Of a stretch of DNA of 52,128 bases, positions 24,803 to 37,444 are shown in pieces. Position 1 is the first letter of the stretch. Each line of letters starts with the position of its first letter. The stretch is taken from positions 14,355,729 to 14,407,856 of the forward strand of contig NC_057720.1 in assembly GCF_004010195.1 (NCBI RefSeq), in the 5' to 3' direction. Under the pieces are notes generated by a model that saw only the letters and a program-made list of their open reading frames with translations, was not told where the DNA came from and ran no database searches. Made by a program: the position numbers and the translations under genes. This stretch comes from Chiloscyllium plagiosum (Eukaryota).

Positions 24803-24884
24803 ACTGGAAAAACTCATTGTGCGTAACAAGAAAATTTGTAATCATTGTAAAAATCAATAATAAAAAACAAAGTACAATATCTGG

Positions 24885-25035
24885 TCACTGAAAATTGCTG
24901 TTGCTCCAAGTCAAATGGCTCCCAAGTTTCCAACAGTGAGAGAGTGATTGTATATCAAAAACATTTCACTAACTGTAAAGCACTCTGAGATTCCTTGAGA
25001 CTTTGAAAAGTGCTAAATAAATTCAAGCACTTGCT
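24885..25035 (+). mobile_element. Deu-domain SINE 3' fragment
   Basis: atctggtcact...aaatggctccc...ctgtaaagcactctgaga...gaaaagtgctaaataaattcaag. Confidence 0.55.
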
Positions 25036-25554
25036 TTTATATTTAATGTATACATATACATAGCATGTAAAAGAGAGACAACGTTTTTGACACACAGTGT
25101 ACTGTCAATTGCACACTATTTCCAAATAACTAGCTTGGTCTCCCTTGATTACCAATTAACTTTGTTGAAGTCGATCCAGTCTTGGATATCTTTCTGTCAT
25201 AGAAAGTTAAAGCCCAGTGGCCTAAATGTAAGTGGAAATGGACAACCATAGTTTGATTGATTCTGTGATTATTTTAGACATTAAGAAGATGGTGATGTTA
25301 CTTCTTCATCGCTGCTGATCATTTACAAATGTAATTACAGACCTGCACAATGTCAACATCACGTTCTAAAGGTTGGACAGAGTTCATTTTGCTTCAGCTA
25401 ATGACCCAAGGATATGTATTTATAGAGTAACTTTCAAAAGCTTATTAATTCCAAAGCATTTTGCAGTCAATCACACTGCATTACTCTGTCATTGGCTAAC
25501 CATGTATATACCTTGACTAAAGCGCAGATCAGAATTCTGCAATACAGCTATTCA

Positions 25555-27540
25555 CAGCTTGGCTCCCCAAATTCTGTCCACTGACTATGAAGGCACATGT
25601 CAGAAGAATGATGATCTATTTGCCTGGAGGAGTGCAGGTCCATATAGATAGGTGGTAAAGAAGGTGTTCAGCATTGACTTCATTACTCAGCCCTTTGAGT
25701 ATAGGAGTTGGAATGTTGTATTGAGGTTGTACAGGACATTGGTGAGGCCTCTTCTAGAGTATTGTTTAGTTTTGGTCTCCCTGCCATAGGAAGGGTATTA
25801 CTGAGCTGGAGAGGGTTCAGAAGAGATTTACCAAGATGTTGCTGAGAATGGAGGGTTTGAGTTATAAGGAGAGTTATAAGAGACACGGTGGTTCAGTGGT
25901 TAGCACTGCTGCTTCACAGTGCCAGAGACCAGGATTCAATTCCAGCCTCGGGCGACTGTCTGTATGGAGTTTTCACATTCTCCTTACATCTGTGTGGATT
26001 TCCTCCCGCAGTCCAAAGACGTGCAGGTTGGATGGATTGGTCAAGCTAAATTGGCCAACGTGCCTAGGGATTTGCAGGCTAGGTGGATTAGCTAAGGGAA
26101 ATGGGTTGGGTCTGGGTGGGGTACTCTTCAGGGGGTTGATGTGGACTTGATGGGCTGAATGGCCTTCTTCCACACTGTAGGGGATCTGTGATGATAAATT
26201 GAGTGGTTGGATAGGTTGGGACTTCTTTCACCAGAACGTGGAAAGTTAAGACATGATCTTATATAAAATCAAGATGTTATTAAACTAGAAAGAGTGTTGA
26301 AGAAATTTAAAGGATGTTGCCAGGACCCAATGGTCTCAATGGACAAGTGAGGACTTTTTTCTTCAGAACATAAGAGACTGAGGGGGGATCTTATAGAAGT
26401 GTATAACATCATGAGAGGCACGGTTAGAGTGGATGCACTCAGTTTGTTTCCCAGGATTGGGGAATCAGGGACTAGGGGGCATCAGTTTAAGGTGGGAGGG
26501 GAAAGAATAAAAGGGAACCTGAGGGGCAACTTTTTTACATAGAGGATGGTACGCATATGGAGTGAGCTGCCAGTGGACATGGTTGAGGCGGGGACATTAA
26601 CAACTTTTAAAAGGCATTTGGACAAATACACACATAGGAAAGATTTAGAAGGATATGCTCAAGTGCAGGAAAATTGGGTTAGCGTGGATGGACATTTAGG
26701 TCGGCATGGTCCAGTTTGGGCCAAAGGCCCGTCTCCATGCTGTCGGACTCTATGACTCTATGAGGGGTATAGATAAAGTGAATAACAAATATCTTTTCCC
26801 TAGGGTGGGGGATTTCATGACTCGGGAGCATAATTTTAAGGTGAGAGGATAACGATTTAAAAAAGACGTGAGGGGCATTTTCTTTTTTACAAACAATGGT
26901 TCGTGGGTGGAATGAACTTCCAGAGGCTGTGATGAATGCTGGTACAGTCATAACATTTACAAGATATTTAAATAAATACATGAATAAGAAATGTTTGTGT
27001 GGATATGGGCCAAGCGCAGGCAAGTGGGACTAGTTTAGTTTGAGATTATGGTTGGCACGGACTGGTTGAACAGAAGGGTCTGTTTCTGTGCTGTATGACT
27101 CCATGATTCTATAACACTCAAGACGCTTGACACTACTCAGGACATATTTGATTTGCATCATCTACAGTCTTCCACATTCACTCACTCCACCTGTGAGATG
27201 CAATGCAACAACTTGCCAAGGATTCTTCAACAGCACTTTCCAAATGTATGACCTCGTATCTACTAGATGGTCAGCAGTAAAATGGGGACACCACTTGTTG
27301 CAGGTTCCCCTCAAGTTATGCACAAATCTGAATTGGATTGAAATTGCTGTTCCTTCCTGATGGATCAAACTCCTGGAACTGCCTTGGAGAATTCCTACCA
27401 GCACGACAGGTGTATCTACATCATGTGGACTGCAGTTGTTCAAGAAGGCAGCTTTCAGCCATCTTCTGAAGGGAAATGAGATATGGAGAATAAATGCTGG
27501 CCCAGCCAGTCTCGTTCACATCCCATAAGTGAATATTAAA
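25555..27540 (+). mobile_element. Three-level nest: L2/Crack-like LINE (25555-25640 plus 27113-27540) containing a CR1 (25641-27112), which contains an HE1 SINE (25884-26190) and a second CR1 (26270-26760)
   Basis: Host sequences resume across each insert; separate CR1 tails near 26755 and 27105; HE1 A/B boxes at 25888-25943. Confidence 0.8.
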
Positions 27541-27569
27541 AACCAAAGCAAAATAATATCCCAAAGGCA

Positions 27570-28370
27570 GATTGCAACGGGATCTGGATCAGATGAGCCA
27601 TTGGATTGATGAGTGGCAGATGGAATTTAATTTAGATAAATGTGAGGTACGGTATTTTGGGAAAGCAAACTTTAACATGACTTATACACTTAATGGTAAG
27701 ATCCTAGGGAGTGTTATTGAACAAAGAGCCCTTGGAGTGCAGGTTCATAGCTCCTTGAAAGTAGAGTCACAGGTAGATAGGATAGTGAAGAAAGCATTTG
27801 ATATGCTTTCCTTTATTGGTCAGAGTATCGAGTACAGGAGTTGGGAGGTCATGATCGGAAGGATGTTGTGAAACTTGAAAGGGTTCAGAAAAGATTTACA
27901 AAGATGTTGCCAGGTTTGGAGGATTTGAGCTATAGGGAGTGGTTAAATAGGCTAGGGCTGTTTTCCCTGGAGTGTCAGAGGCTGAGGGGTGACCTTATAG
28001 AGGTTTATAAAATCATGAGAGGCATGGATAGGATAAATAGACAAGGTCTTTTCCCTGGGGTGGGGGAATCAAAACTAGAGGGTATAAGTTTAGTGTGAGA
28101 GAAGAAAGATATAAAAGAAACCTAAGGGTCAACGTTTTCATGCAGGGGGTGGTGCATGTGTGGAATGAGCTGCCAGAGGAAGTAGTGGAGGCTGGTACAA
28201 TTGCAACATTTAAAAGGCATTTGGATGGGTATATGAATAGGAAGAGTTTGGAGGGATATGGGCCGGGTGCTGGCAGGTAGGACTAGATTGGGTTGGGATA
28301 TCTGGTTGGCATGGATAAGTTGGACCAAAGGGTCTGTTTCCGTGCTGTACATCTCTATGACTCTATGACT
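27570..28370 (+). mobile_element. CR1/HER1 3' portion, inserted in an old minus-strand L2-like end
   Basis: ORFs 27572..27871, 27841..28098 and 28095..28280; (ctatgact)n tail. Confidence 0.93.
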
Positions 28371-28554
28371 TCACAGGAACCATTATCAAATAAAGTTGGC
28401 ATCAAGAGGTAGACATAGAGGTTTAGGAAGAAAATTCCAGAGATTACGGTCTTGGGCACCAATGATGGAGTGCTTAAAATCAGCATTGCTCAGAAGATTT
28501 AAATCTGGGATACTGAAAGGCTTAAAGAAGATGGTGTGTTCAAACACCGCTCTT

Positions 28555-28685
28555 GAATTAGGATAGATATTTTTGAACCAACCTGTGAAGAGATGTTGTT
28601 GTGCACCTCTGGAGCAGATGAGACCTGAATCCTAGCCATCTAGTTCAGAGGTAGGGACCACCACTACTACGATTTAGGAGCTCCC
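28555..28685 (-). mobile_element. Short tRNA-head element (about 120 bp)
   Basis: Matches the units at 36017-36135 and 38557-38690. Confidence 0.6.
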
Positions 28686-29124
28686 ATCTGAACTTGTGTA
28701 TAAAATCTTGACTGAACCTCAATGAAGGACAAAGTGATTGAAATTTAATTGGGGTCTGCATATTTCTCAAAAGTGCTCTCTTTAAGATAAGGCCTTAAAC
28801 CAAAAGCAGTTAAAAATACGATGTGAAGAAAAGCAAAATATTCTGTCAGTGATTTAAAAGCAGAAGATGGCAGAAATCCTCAGCATCAACCGATTGATCA
28901 ACAGAGAAACAAAGTTAACATTTCAGGTCTGTGACTTATCACAGATTCTCAACAAAATTCTCTTTATGTCTTGGCCAATGATTTTTAACGTCAAATAAAT
29001 TCATCGCAAGCAAGCTTTCTGGTGATTTATTTCTTAGCAGTTTAATGCCGTGAGAAGATCTTTCTTTAACTGCCTTCACGCATTCAGAAAAATGCATGAA
29101 CAACTTTACGAATTCTTAAATCAA

Positions 29125-29260
29125 ACAAAGAACTATGGATGCTGGAAATCTGGAATAAACCTGAAGAAGAGTTACTGGATTGGAAAGGTTAACTCTGTTT
29201 TTCTGACGACGGATGCTACCAGGCCTTCTGAGGTTTTCCAGCATTTTCTGCTTTTTGTAC
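29125..29260. mobile_element. Decayed PLE terminal piece with inversion (second family)
   Basis: gatgctggaaatctg followed by ctgaagaagagttactggattggaaaggttaac...ttttccagcatttt. Confidence 0.6.
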
Positions 29261-29639
29261 AAATTTTCCCTTATCCCATTTTGAACTATACATGCAGTCT
29301 AAATACACTATAAACTATACATTTACCAAAGGCCATAACTACATTAAAAGGTAAGTCGGATATGCAGTGTTATTAATACACAAAGTGGCTGCACCAATGA
29401 ATTTACTAAATAATCTGGTCCGATATTTGGAAGGCCTCAAAAACAGACACAGTGATCGTGATGAAACACTATATCAATCGCTTTCAGTGCAGCGAATACT
29501 CATTATCTATTCCCTTCTCATTATTCGGTTTTAAATCCAGACTATACATTTGACGCAATGCATTGTGGCTACAGCAGTTGTTTATTGTCATTCTACAACT
29601 GATTCTGACTTTGGGAAGACACAGGAGCAGGAAAACAGC

Positions 29640-30850
29640 AGGCTTTAAGTTTGTCTGACCACTTGTCTGACACAGGAGAATTTTGGTCAGCAAGGGAAGA
29701 GAGATGTAACCTCTCTGCAGCAGTTCATGGAACTGTCCAAATAATGAGAAGGATCTGGAGTAAAATAGGAGCACCATGATTCAAACCCCAAAATCATGAA
29801 TGCAGTACCACAGAAAAGGTTCAATAACCTCCTGTAAGTGTGAGTGATTAAGGTCACTCACTGTAACTACAGTGCCACATTCTACCAACTGAACCACTAG
29901 CACCAATGGTCAGTGTCACCCTACTCAATTTCCCACGCTAATCTACCAATAATCTCTACCAATCTGGCCTTATATCAATTATTTTACAGGTTGTGATTGT
30001 CATGTTGGAGGTCAGCATTTATTGTCCTTTATTTAACTGCCATTGACTTGCATTGCCTCACATCACTTGCACGCATCAATACAAACCTCACACTCATATT
30101 TCATAGCTTTCACACTAGTCGACCATGTCAGCCATATCACACACAGATTCCACCACACACCCCAGCACTCTTCCTCTCTCTTGCAATGATAAAGAGGCAC
30201 CTGGATCTATCTAGTGGCAGACAGGTAATGGCTGCATGTCCCTACGCTGACATGGGAGACTGTGGCTGAGCATCACTGGGGAGGCCATTGGAAAGGCTGT
30301 GGTCAGAGTTGAGCATAGAACGATAGAAGATAACGGTATCTACTTGACTCATGTTCCTTCTCTTAATTTCTCTTTAAGATGCACCTCATGGTTTCTCCTC
30401 AGAATAACCCTAATGTTGTGCTTTTGTCCTGTCAGACAGTGAATAATTGCACCCTGTCAGGCAGCAGTAGATCAGAAGGCAGAAGAAGAGGAAATGATGA
30501 AGAATAAACACAGTCACTCATTTCCACATTCGCAGCCACTAGCTCAGTCACTGAGATGACACCCCGGTTTAAAGAATAGATGGAAAGTATAATTTGCAGA
30601 TACGATAGTATGAAATAGGAGCAGGAGTAGGTCATTTATTCCATCAATATATTGAGACGTGCAACATGTGTGTCCTGCAGCCAGGGTAAGGGACAAGGTT
30701 GGGTGCCAACTCATCAGAGAGTGAACTCACATATGTTTCTGCGGCAGGGGTAACCTGGGTATGTCCTGCCAGTGGAGATGGAAGTGGCACAGTCCTATAC
30801 AGTCAGGAAAGAGTTTGTATAGGGGTCCATACATTGACTCAGGACCTCAT
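29640..30850 (+). pseudogene. Probable fossil Myb/SANT-like gene of a PIF/Harbinger transposon
   Basis: S*MQYH then (frameshift) KRFNNL at 29814-29831, resembling WxQCRKRFNDL; later ETV/LSITG and TFAATSS-like segments separated by intron-like spacers. Heavily frameshifted. Confidence 0.4.
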
Positions 30851-30894
30851 TAAGCCAATGTGTGGCGTCTGCTTGCTCTCTGAATCATGTTGTA

Positions 30895-31585
30895 TTCTAG
30901 GAGAAAGCTTTCTGCACCTGGAATATTCTTGGTGAGCGCAGTCAAACAACAGTGAAGAAGCATGAAGCCACCCAGGACAAAGCAGCCCACATGTTCGGCA
31001 CCCCATGCATCACCATCCACAATGACATCCTCCATCACTGATCCGTAATGGCAGCGGTGCATACTAGGAGAAAGTGGGGACTGCAGATACTGGCGATCAG
31101 AATCAAGGATGTGTGCTGGAAAAGCACAGCAGGTCAGGCAGCATTCGAGGCACAGGAGAATCGACATTTTGGGCATAAACCCTTCATCAACGGTGCATGC
31201 TACCTACAACATACTCTGCAGCAATGAACAAGCACCTTCCAAACCCACAAGCTCTACCATCTTGATGGACAAGAGCAGCAGATGTATGGGAACAACATTA
31301 CCTGCAAGTTCCCCTCTAAGAGGCAAACAGAATCACTGATTTTTTACACCACAGAATGAGAACATTTGCCTTTTAAATCTGCACCATCCTGACATCACTG
31401 TTCCTTTACTGTAGCTAAGTCCAAATTCTTGAACTCCTTTCAGAATAGAACTGTAAGGAAGGAAATTTGCTATCCTTATTTGGTCTGGCCTCCATGCGAC
31501 GCACAGCTAATCAATTCAAGGTAACTATGGATAGACAACAAATGCCAGCCTTGCCAGCAGGACCCACAAATGGAAATAAAGAAAA
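30895..31585 (+). mobile_element. L2/Crack-like LINE 3' portion, interrupted by a PLE piece
   Basis: TQDKAAHMFGTP codons; caccttccaaaccc; caaatgccagccttgccagc tail. Confidence 0.7.
31067..31190 (-). mobile_element. Solo PLE terminal piece with 12-bp TSD
   Basis: Flanks cggtgcat(a/g)cta at 31055-31066 and 31191-31202. Confidence 0.82.
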
Positions 31586-31849
31586 CAACAATGGTAAGGA
31601 ATCCTTCCTGGTGTTCAGCAGAATTAATGTGTTATTTTTAGACAGAGTAAGTTAAAATAAGGATTGAGCTCCAAAGGGTAGCACTTGCATCAATCACCAT
31701 TAATCATGAACTCATTGACATAATAACTTGCATATTCAGAATATGTTTGGAAATTACTAACTGGGTGTGTGCAAACCTTCTGACCAGAATTATCACTCAC
31801 TCAAGAAGCACATGGACACCACTTTAAGGTTACTTATAGCACCTGAAAC

Positions 31850-32655
31850 TTGATTGACTGATCGATTGATTGTTGTCACATATACCGAGATACAGTGAAA
31901 AGTGTTGTCATGCGTACTACACAGGCACATTGTACCAATCAAAGGGCATCAGGGTAACAGAACAGAGTGCAGAACACAGTGTTACAGCCACAGAGAAGGT
32001 GCAGAGAGAGAGAGATCAGAATTAACATTTGAGAGGTCCATTCCAAAGTCTGATAACAGCGGGGACAAAGCTGTTTTTGAATTTGTTCATGTGTGTTTTC
32101 AAACTTTTATCTGTCAGATGGAAGAGGGTGGGACAGAGTATAAACAGGGTGGAAGGGGTCTTTGATTATGTGGGTTGTTTTCCCGAGACAGTGGAAAGGC
32201 TGGTTTACATGATGGACTGGGTTGTGTTCACGACTCTCTGCAGTTTCTTGCGCTTTTAGGAACAGCAGTTGCCACACCACACTGTGGTGCATCCACACAG
32301 GATGCTTTCTATAATCCATCTATGAAAATTAGTAAGAGTCATTGTGGACATGCTGAATTTCCTTAGCATCCTGAGGAAGTACAGATATTGTTGTGCTTTG
32401 TTGACCAGGACAGATTGTTGGTGATTATTACTCTCAGGAACTTGGAGCTGTCGACCATCTCCACTCAGCACCGTTGACACAGACAGAGGTGTGCCCTGTA
32501 CACTGCTTCCTGAAGTCAATGGCCAGCTCCTTTGTTTTGCTGACATTGATGGAGTGATTGTTGTCTTTACACCATGCCGCTAAGCACTCAATCTCTTTCC
32601 TGTATTCTGTCTTGTTGTTTGAAATTCGACCTACCTACAACGGTGTACATCATGC
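31850..32655 (-). mobile_element. Rex1/Babar-like LINE 3' portion
   Basis: KAQQYLYFLRMLRKFSMSTMTLTNFHRWIIESILCGCTTVWCGNC; tail gtgacaa(caat)n. Confidence 0.8.
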
Positions 32656-33928
32656 GTTTGAATGTTTGCTCTACTGAGTATCGAAGATATTTCCTTTGAT
32701 TCTCTTTTATCATAATAACAAAATTGAATATTCTTTCATTAGGATTTGAGTCTAAATTATGAGATGCCTGATATAGCAAGTCAATTTCTTTCACTGCTGG
32801 TGGACAAGTGTTCACTTTCTCCAGATTTCACTCTCTGCTGATTTGAAGTAACATGATGAGACTGATGATTACTGAGAGTTTTAGTTTTTGCCTATTTGGT
32901 TGCTGTAAAGCTTGGATGCTTTCAGATTTATAAGCACTCGTATTGATATCACTGTAAGTGGAGAAGAAGTTTTATGGAGTGTTACATTAAAGGATCAGAG
33001 TTAGTCATTCTATTTTATATCCAGACCAGTGTATCAGCACAAATACACTTAAAGAAAGAAACAATGTCCTTTCTGAAACCCTTTGAAGAATGCACTGGCA
33101 AAATTCACTGTGAGCTTTGTTTAATTTCAGCTGTCGTTTTAACAATGTTTAAAATTAAAAACCTATTTGCCATCTAAAACTCAAATGGTAAATCGAAATA
33201 GAGTGTAAAAGAAGAAGTGATGCTTTGCCTGAACTTGTAGCCTTTGCAAGAGTATCTTTCTATCAATTCTCTTATCTAGTCAACAAACATGAAATCCTTC
33301 ATTTGGGTCATTCTGTTGCGATCCAATCATTGCCTTGAAAAGTGAAAAAAACAGATTCAACTGAATAAAGGAGATTAATTTATCATTAGGGCTCTGCTTA
33401 ATTGAAGTCAATTCTGAACAAACTTGAATTCAATTTCTGCTCATTAGATGGAATGTGTTCTGCTTCTTTCCCCTGCCTAGCTTTGAACAAGCAGCTGAGA
33501 ACAAGGGATGAACATCAAAATTATTAAATTGAGGATATTTTATTTGGTCTTCACATGCCAGGGCTGCTTTGATGAGGACATTTTTTGGCACAAAAAAGGC
33601 AGAAGAGCAGCTGGAGGAAAGAATCAAATGAAACTAAGCCTCTGAAAATTGAAGAAAGTGCGAGCTTAATAATATTTAATAATTGAATTTCCACAAACAA
33701 TAGCAGCAAATGAAGTAATCTGCAAAAGTGTGTGAACTCATCTGCATAATTGATGCTGGTCCTCCTGTATATGAATAATGAAGATAATAAACGATGTTTC
33801 TAAAAATGGGCACAATAACAGCAAATTTCATCAAGCCACACTCTCTGATTAATCTGCTCTTGCAAATCAGTGCTGAGAGCAGAGATTGTGATTAACCGCG
33901 CCAGGGACTACAACAGTAGGCAACATGC

Positions 33929-33949
33929 CCTCTCTCTCTCTCTCTCTCT
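33929..33949. repeat. (CT)n microsatellite
   Basis: Direct reading of the sequence. Confidence 0.9.
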
Positions 33950-34802
33950 CAGCTCGAAGCACTCTTAGCTGGCAGGTGCTGCAGGCTGTGTCTCATACAG
34001 AGGAACCCTAGAGAAAGTCGCCTGACAAGGAGAGTAATTTGGTTCTGGCTGTTAGTGTTTCAGAACCTTAGCTGATGCAAAAAAAAACACATTGACGAAC
34101 CTATTGCTGAGTGTGTACATGTAGTATTTCACAAAGGTGCGTTATCAGTCTTCCTGAGTGTAAGTATGGCAACGTATCTCCAAGTCCCAAATAGAAATTA
34201 GGGATTTCAAGTGTAGGTAAACATATCTTTTCATGATATTGCAATCTGTCCTTTTTGGCTGGTGTAACCTTTAGCAAATTGCAAATGATGTGCTGCATTA
34301 TTTCTTATGATATGAACATTTGGATTTAAAATGGTCATCCTGTTCAAAGACTCTTATATCATGAACCTCAGACAGTAATTTACACTTCTTTGAAATTTTC
34401 AAATACTTAACTATGAACATGTTATTTACATCAATTATTATTTGGCAGAGAGGGAACTGATCGCGTCAGATCCATTTCGATCTTTATTACAGTTATTGAA
34501 ACTTTAAAGAAAATCCATTTTAACATCTACCCTACCTAATTATTTGAAAATTACCAATTGTGTTTTGCTTAGGTAAACCAATTAGTGGAGTTAAAGACAT
34601 TGAGAAGAATAGCAAATTTGATAAACATTAATTTAAATTATGGTCTCGCATTTCAAATTATAATTGGAGTTTGGTGTTAAATATAGAATTTTCAAGAGTA
34701 TGAATAGCTTATACTGGAAAAATTCTAGATTTTGTTCCAGTTAGGCCCAGCCTTACTTATTGGGGTTACATCTTAGACTCAATGTTTTACTATTTTAGCA
34801 CT

Positions 34803-35142
34803 AGAATTAGAATTCCTACAATGTGGAAACAGGCACTCCAGCCCAACTAGTCCACACCGCCCCTCTGAACTGTATCCCACCCAGATCCTTTACCCTACAT
34901 TTTCCCTGACTAATGCATTTAACCTATACACCCCTGAACACTATGGGCAATGTAGCATGGCCAATTCACCTAACCTGCACATCTTTGGACTGTGGGAGGA
35001 AGCCAGAGCACCTGGGGGAAACCCACACAAACACGGGAAGAATGTGCAAACTCCACACAGGCAGTCGCCTGAATTGGAATCAAACCTGAGTTCCTGGTGG
35101 TATGAGACAGCAATGCTAACCACTGAGCCACCGTGCTGCCCC
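34803..35142 (-). mobile_element. HE1-type SINE
   Basis: Reverse complement of the 7426 family; starts ggggcagcacggtggctcagtgg. Confidence 0.9.
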
Positions 35143-36016
35143 CAAGGCGTATTTAAAGGTGTATATGCTACTGTAAAATGTACCTTTAATTATTTACTGA
35201 ATAAACTCAAATGAAAAATTAATTCAGTTGTAGATGAGTTTTAAAACATTTTAGTTTCCCTTGTCCTGTTACTTCAGCATTAACATCAATATAAGTCTAC
35301 ATAAATGTTGGAAATAATAACTGGAATGTGTGTACAATCATTGTTTTTTTATATGAAACCTAATATTTTGGTGAACTGTCAGCATCAGGTCAACGCTATA
35401 TCTTTAATTGTAACTGCAGCGCATCACAGTGTTCTTGACCTGGTTCTAATGACTGAACACCTAAAAATAAAGGCATGTTACAAAACAGCCACATGACTGT
35501 GACATGATTATTGGACTCTGATTTAGCAAGTAACCTGCTTATAGCTCAATTTAACTCTGTTTCCTCACAACCTTCAAACGCAGATTCTGCCAACTCATCA
35601 GCTATTTTATAGATTATTATGTTAATAGACAGAAGTTTAGAAAGATAAAGATAGATAGACACAGATAGTAAGACACAGACAAGTAGATCAAAAGAAAGAA
35701 CTTGAGACTGTATCAGCTGATGCATGATAACTGTGTCTTCGTCCCCTCATTGATCCAATGACTTTCTAAAGCCAATGCTCATTGCCAGTTGCCTATTAAA
35801 AGTAGGACGATCCTCTGCACCAGTCCTTGAATGGAAATGCCTGACGAATGGCCTATTCTAATTCAAATATTACAAACCTCTGTCTGGACTCTCTGCCGTG
35901 AATACGTCTCTGCTGCATATTATGAAGCCCAGCGTTCCAACAAATTAAGACCTTGACAAACAAGCTTATAGCAAGCTATGAATTTCTGCAATCTTGCTTT
36001 TTCTTTATTATTTAAC

Positions 36017-36250
36017 CTATTTTTCTAATCAACCCAGTCAGAGATGTTATTACACATGTCGGGAGCAGGTGAGATGTAAATCCATGCACCCCAGTCCAGG
36101 GGTATGGACACTACCACTGAGCCATAAAAGGACCTTCGGCAGTCTTTTTCTTTTCTCCCCCTCCTTTTATCTCCTCTTATTTCACTTTTTTTTCTCCTTT
36201 CCCACAATGTTTCCCAGTCCAGTGGTAGGGACACTGCTACAAGAGGTCCT
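36017..36250 (-). mobile_element. Short tRNA-head element, one full and one partial unit
   Basis: Minus strand tggctcagtggtagtgtcc...gggttgattagaaaaatagg. Confidence 0.65.
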
Positions 36251-36469
36251 TCTGCGGGCTTGCTATCATGAAGGCTTGATTATACCAGTACGTTACTAAT
36301 CATGGATCATCGGCCAACCTCAGCTCAGGCAAAAGCCCACAGTTAGTAAGTAAATGATTGACTAGCCTCCTTCATGAATGCTTCTTCCAATGTGCTGGAG
36401 TGACTGTTTTTTCCAGTATATACATTTAGCTGTCAATGCTGCACTCAGCAAAGACCTAGCAGATTTTTG

Positions 36470-36778
36470 ATGATTACCTACAGTATAGAAACAGGCCCTT
36501 TGGCCCAACAAGTCCACACCGACCCTCTGAAGAGTAACCCACCCAGATCCATTCCCCATATTTACCCCTGATTAATATTTATACCTAACACTATGGGCAA
36601 TTTAACATGGCCAATTCGCCTAATCTTTGGACTGGGGGAGGAAACCGGAGCACCCGGAGGAAACCCACAGAGACAGGGAGAATGTGCAAGCTCCACACAG
36701 ACAGTCGCCCGAGGCTGGAATTGAACCTGGGTCGCTGGCACTGTGAGGTAGCAGTGCTAACCATTGAGCCACTGTGCA
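36470..36778 (-). mobile_element. HE1-type SINE
   Basis: Same family as 7426. Confidence 0.9.
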
Positions 36779-36940
36779 CACAGGGCTTTTTACTTGTTCA
36801 TAGGATAACACCGTCGCTGCTGGTGAAATCAGCATTAATTGCCTGTCTCTAATTTTCTGCAAGAAAGTGGTGATGAACTGAGAGACAATTTATGTGTCTG
36901 TACCACTTCAATAAAATTAGTTTTCATAAAACCTTGTTTG

Positions 36941-37040
36941 TTCTGAAGAAGGGTCACTGAAATGTTAACTCTGCTTTCTCACCACAGATGCTAACAGACC
37001 TGTTGAGCTTCCCCAGCAATTTCAGTCTTTGTATCTTATT
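36941..37040 (+). mobile_element. PLE terminal fragment (second family) with partly deleted hammerhead
   Basis: ttctgaagaagggtcactgaaatgttaactctg...cagatgct. Confidence 0.65.
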
Positions 37041-37444
37041 TCTGGCTTTGCTTTCGACCATTCTATCTGGCATTTTGGTCTTCAAGTGAAAATGTCAAGG
37101 ATCATGCCCAATTGGCCTGCCCCTAAGGTTAAATAAACATCACGGGGCTGTTGTTTCACAGTGCACATGACAAAATGCACCTGCTCTTGAAGAAATCAGA
37201 TTAATGGGAATGGTTCAAGCATGAGCTCTTTCTATTTTGCACATAAGCACCTGCCTGTGATTATGGAAATGTTCCTGTACTGATGAGAATGTAGCTGCTA
37301 CTGGCCTACTGTTCCCAAAACGTATTCATCCTAAACTAGCCACCAGCATGCCAAGCCAAATATGGAAAACTGCTGAGAAAGCCAAGATCTCAAAATAGGT
37401 ATTTCTGCCTGCACTGCCTAGTCATTTTTACAAAAAAAATCAAC

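Noticed and set aside
29298..29350. 53-nt CAG...AAG|GTAAGT candidate exon (SKYTINYTFTKGHNYIK)
   Set aside because: Unrecognised peptide, frame-incompatible with the 21583 candidate, and such sites arise by chance in 52 kb.
32854..32880. ATGATGA...CTGA box C/D-like motifs
   Set aside because: Spacing too short, with no terminal D box or stem for a snoRNA.
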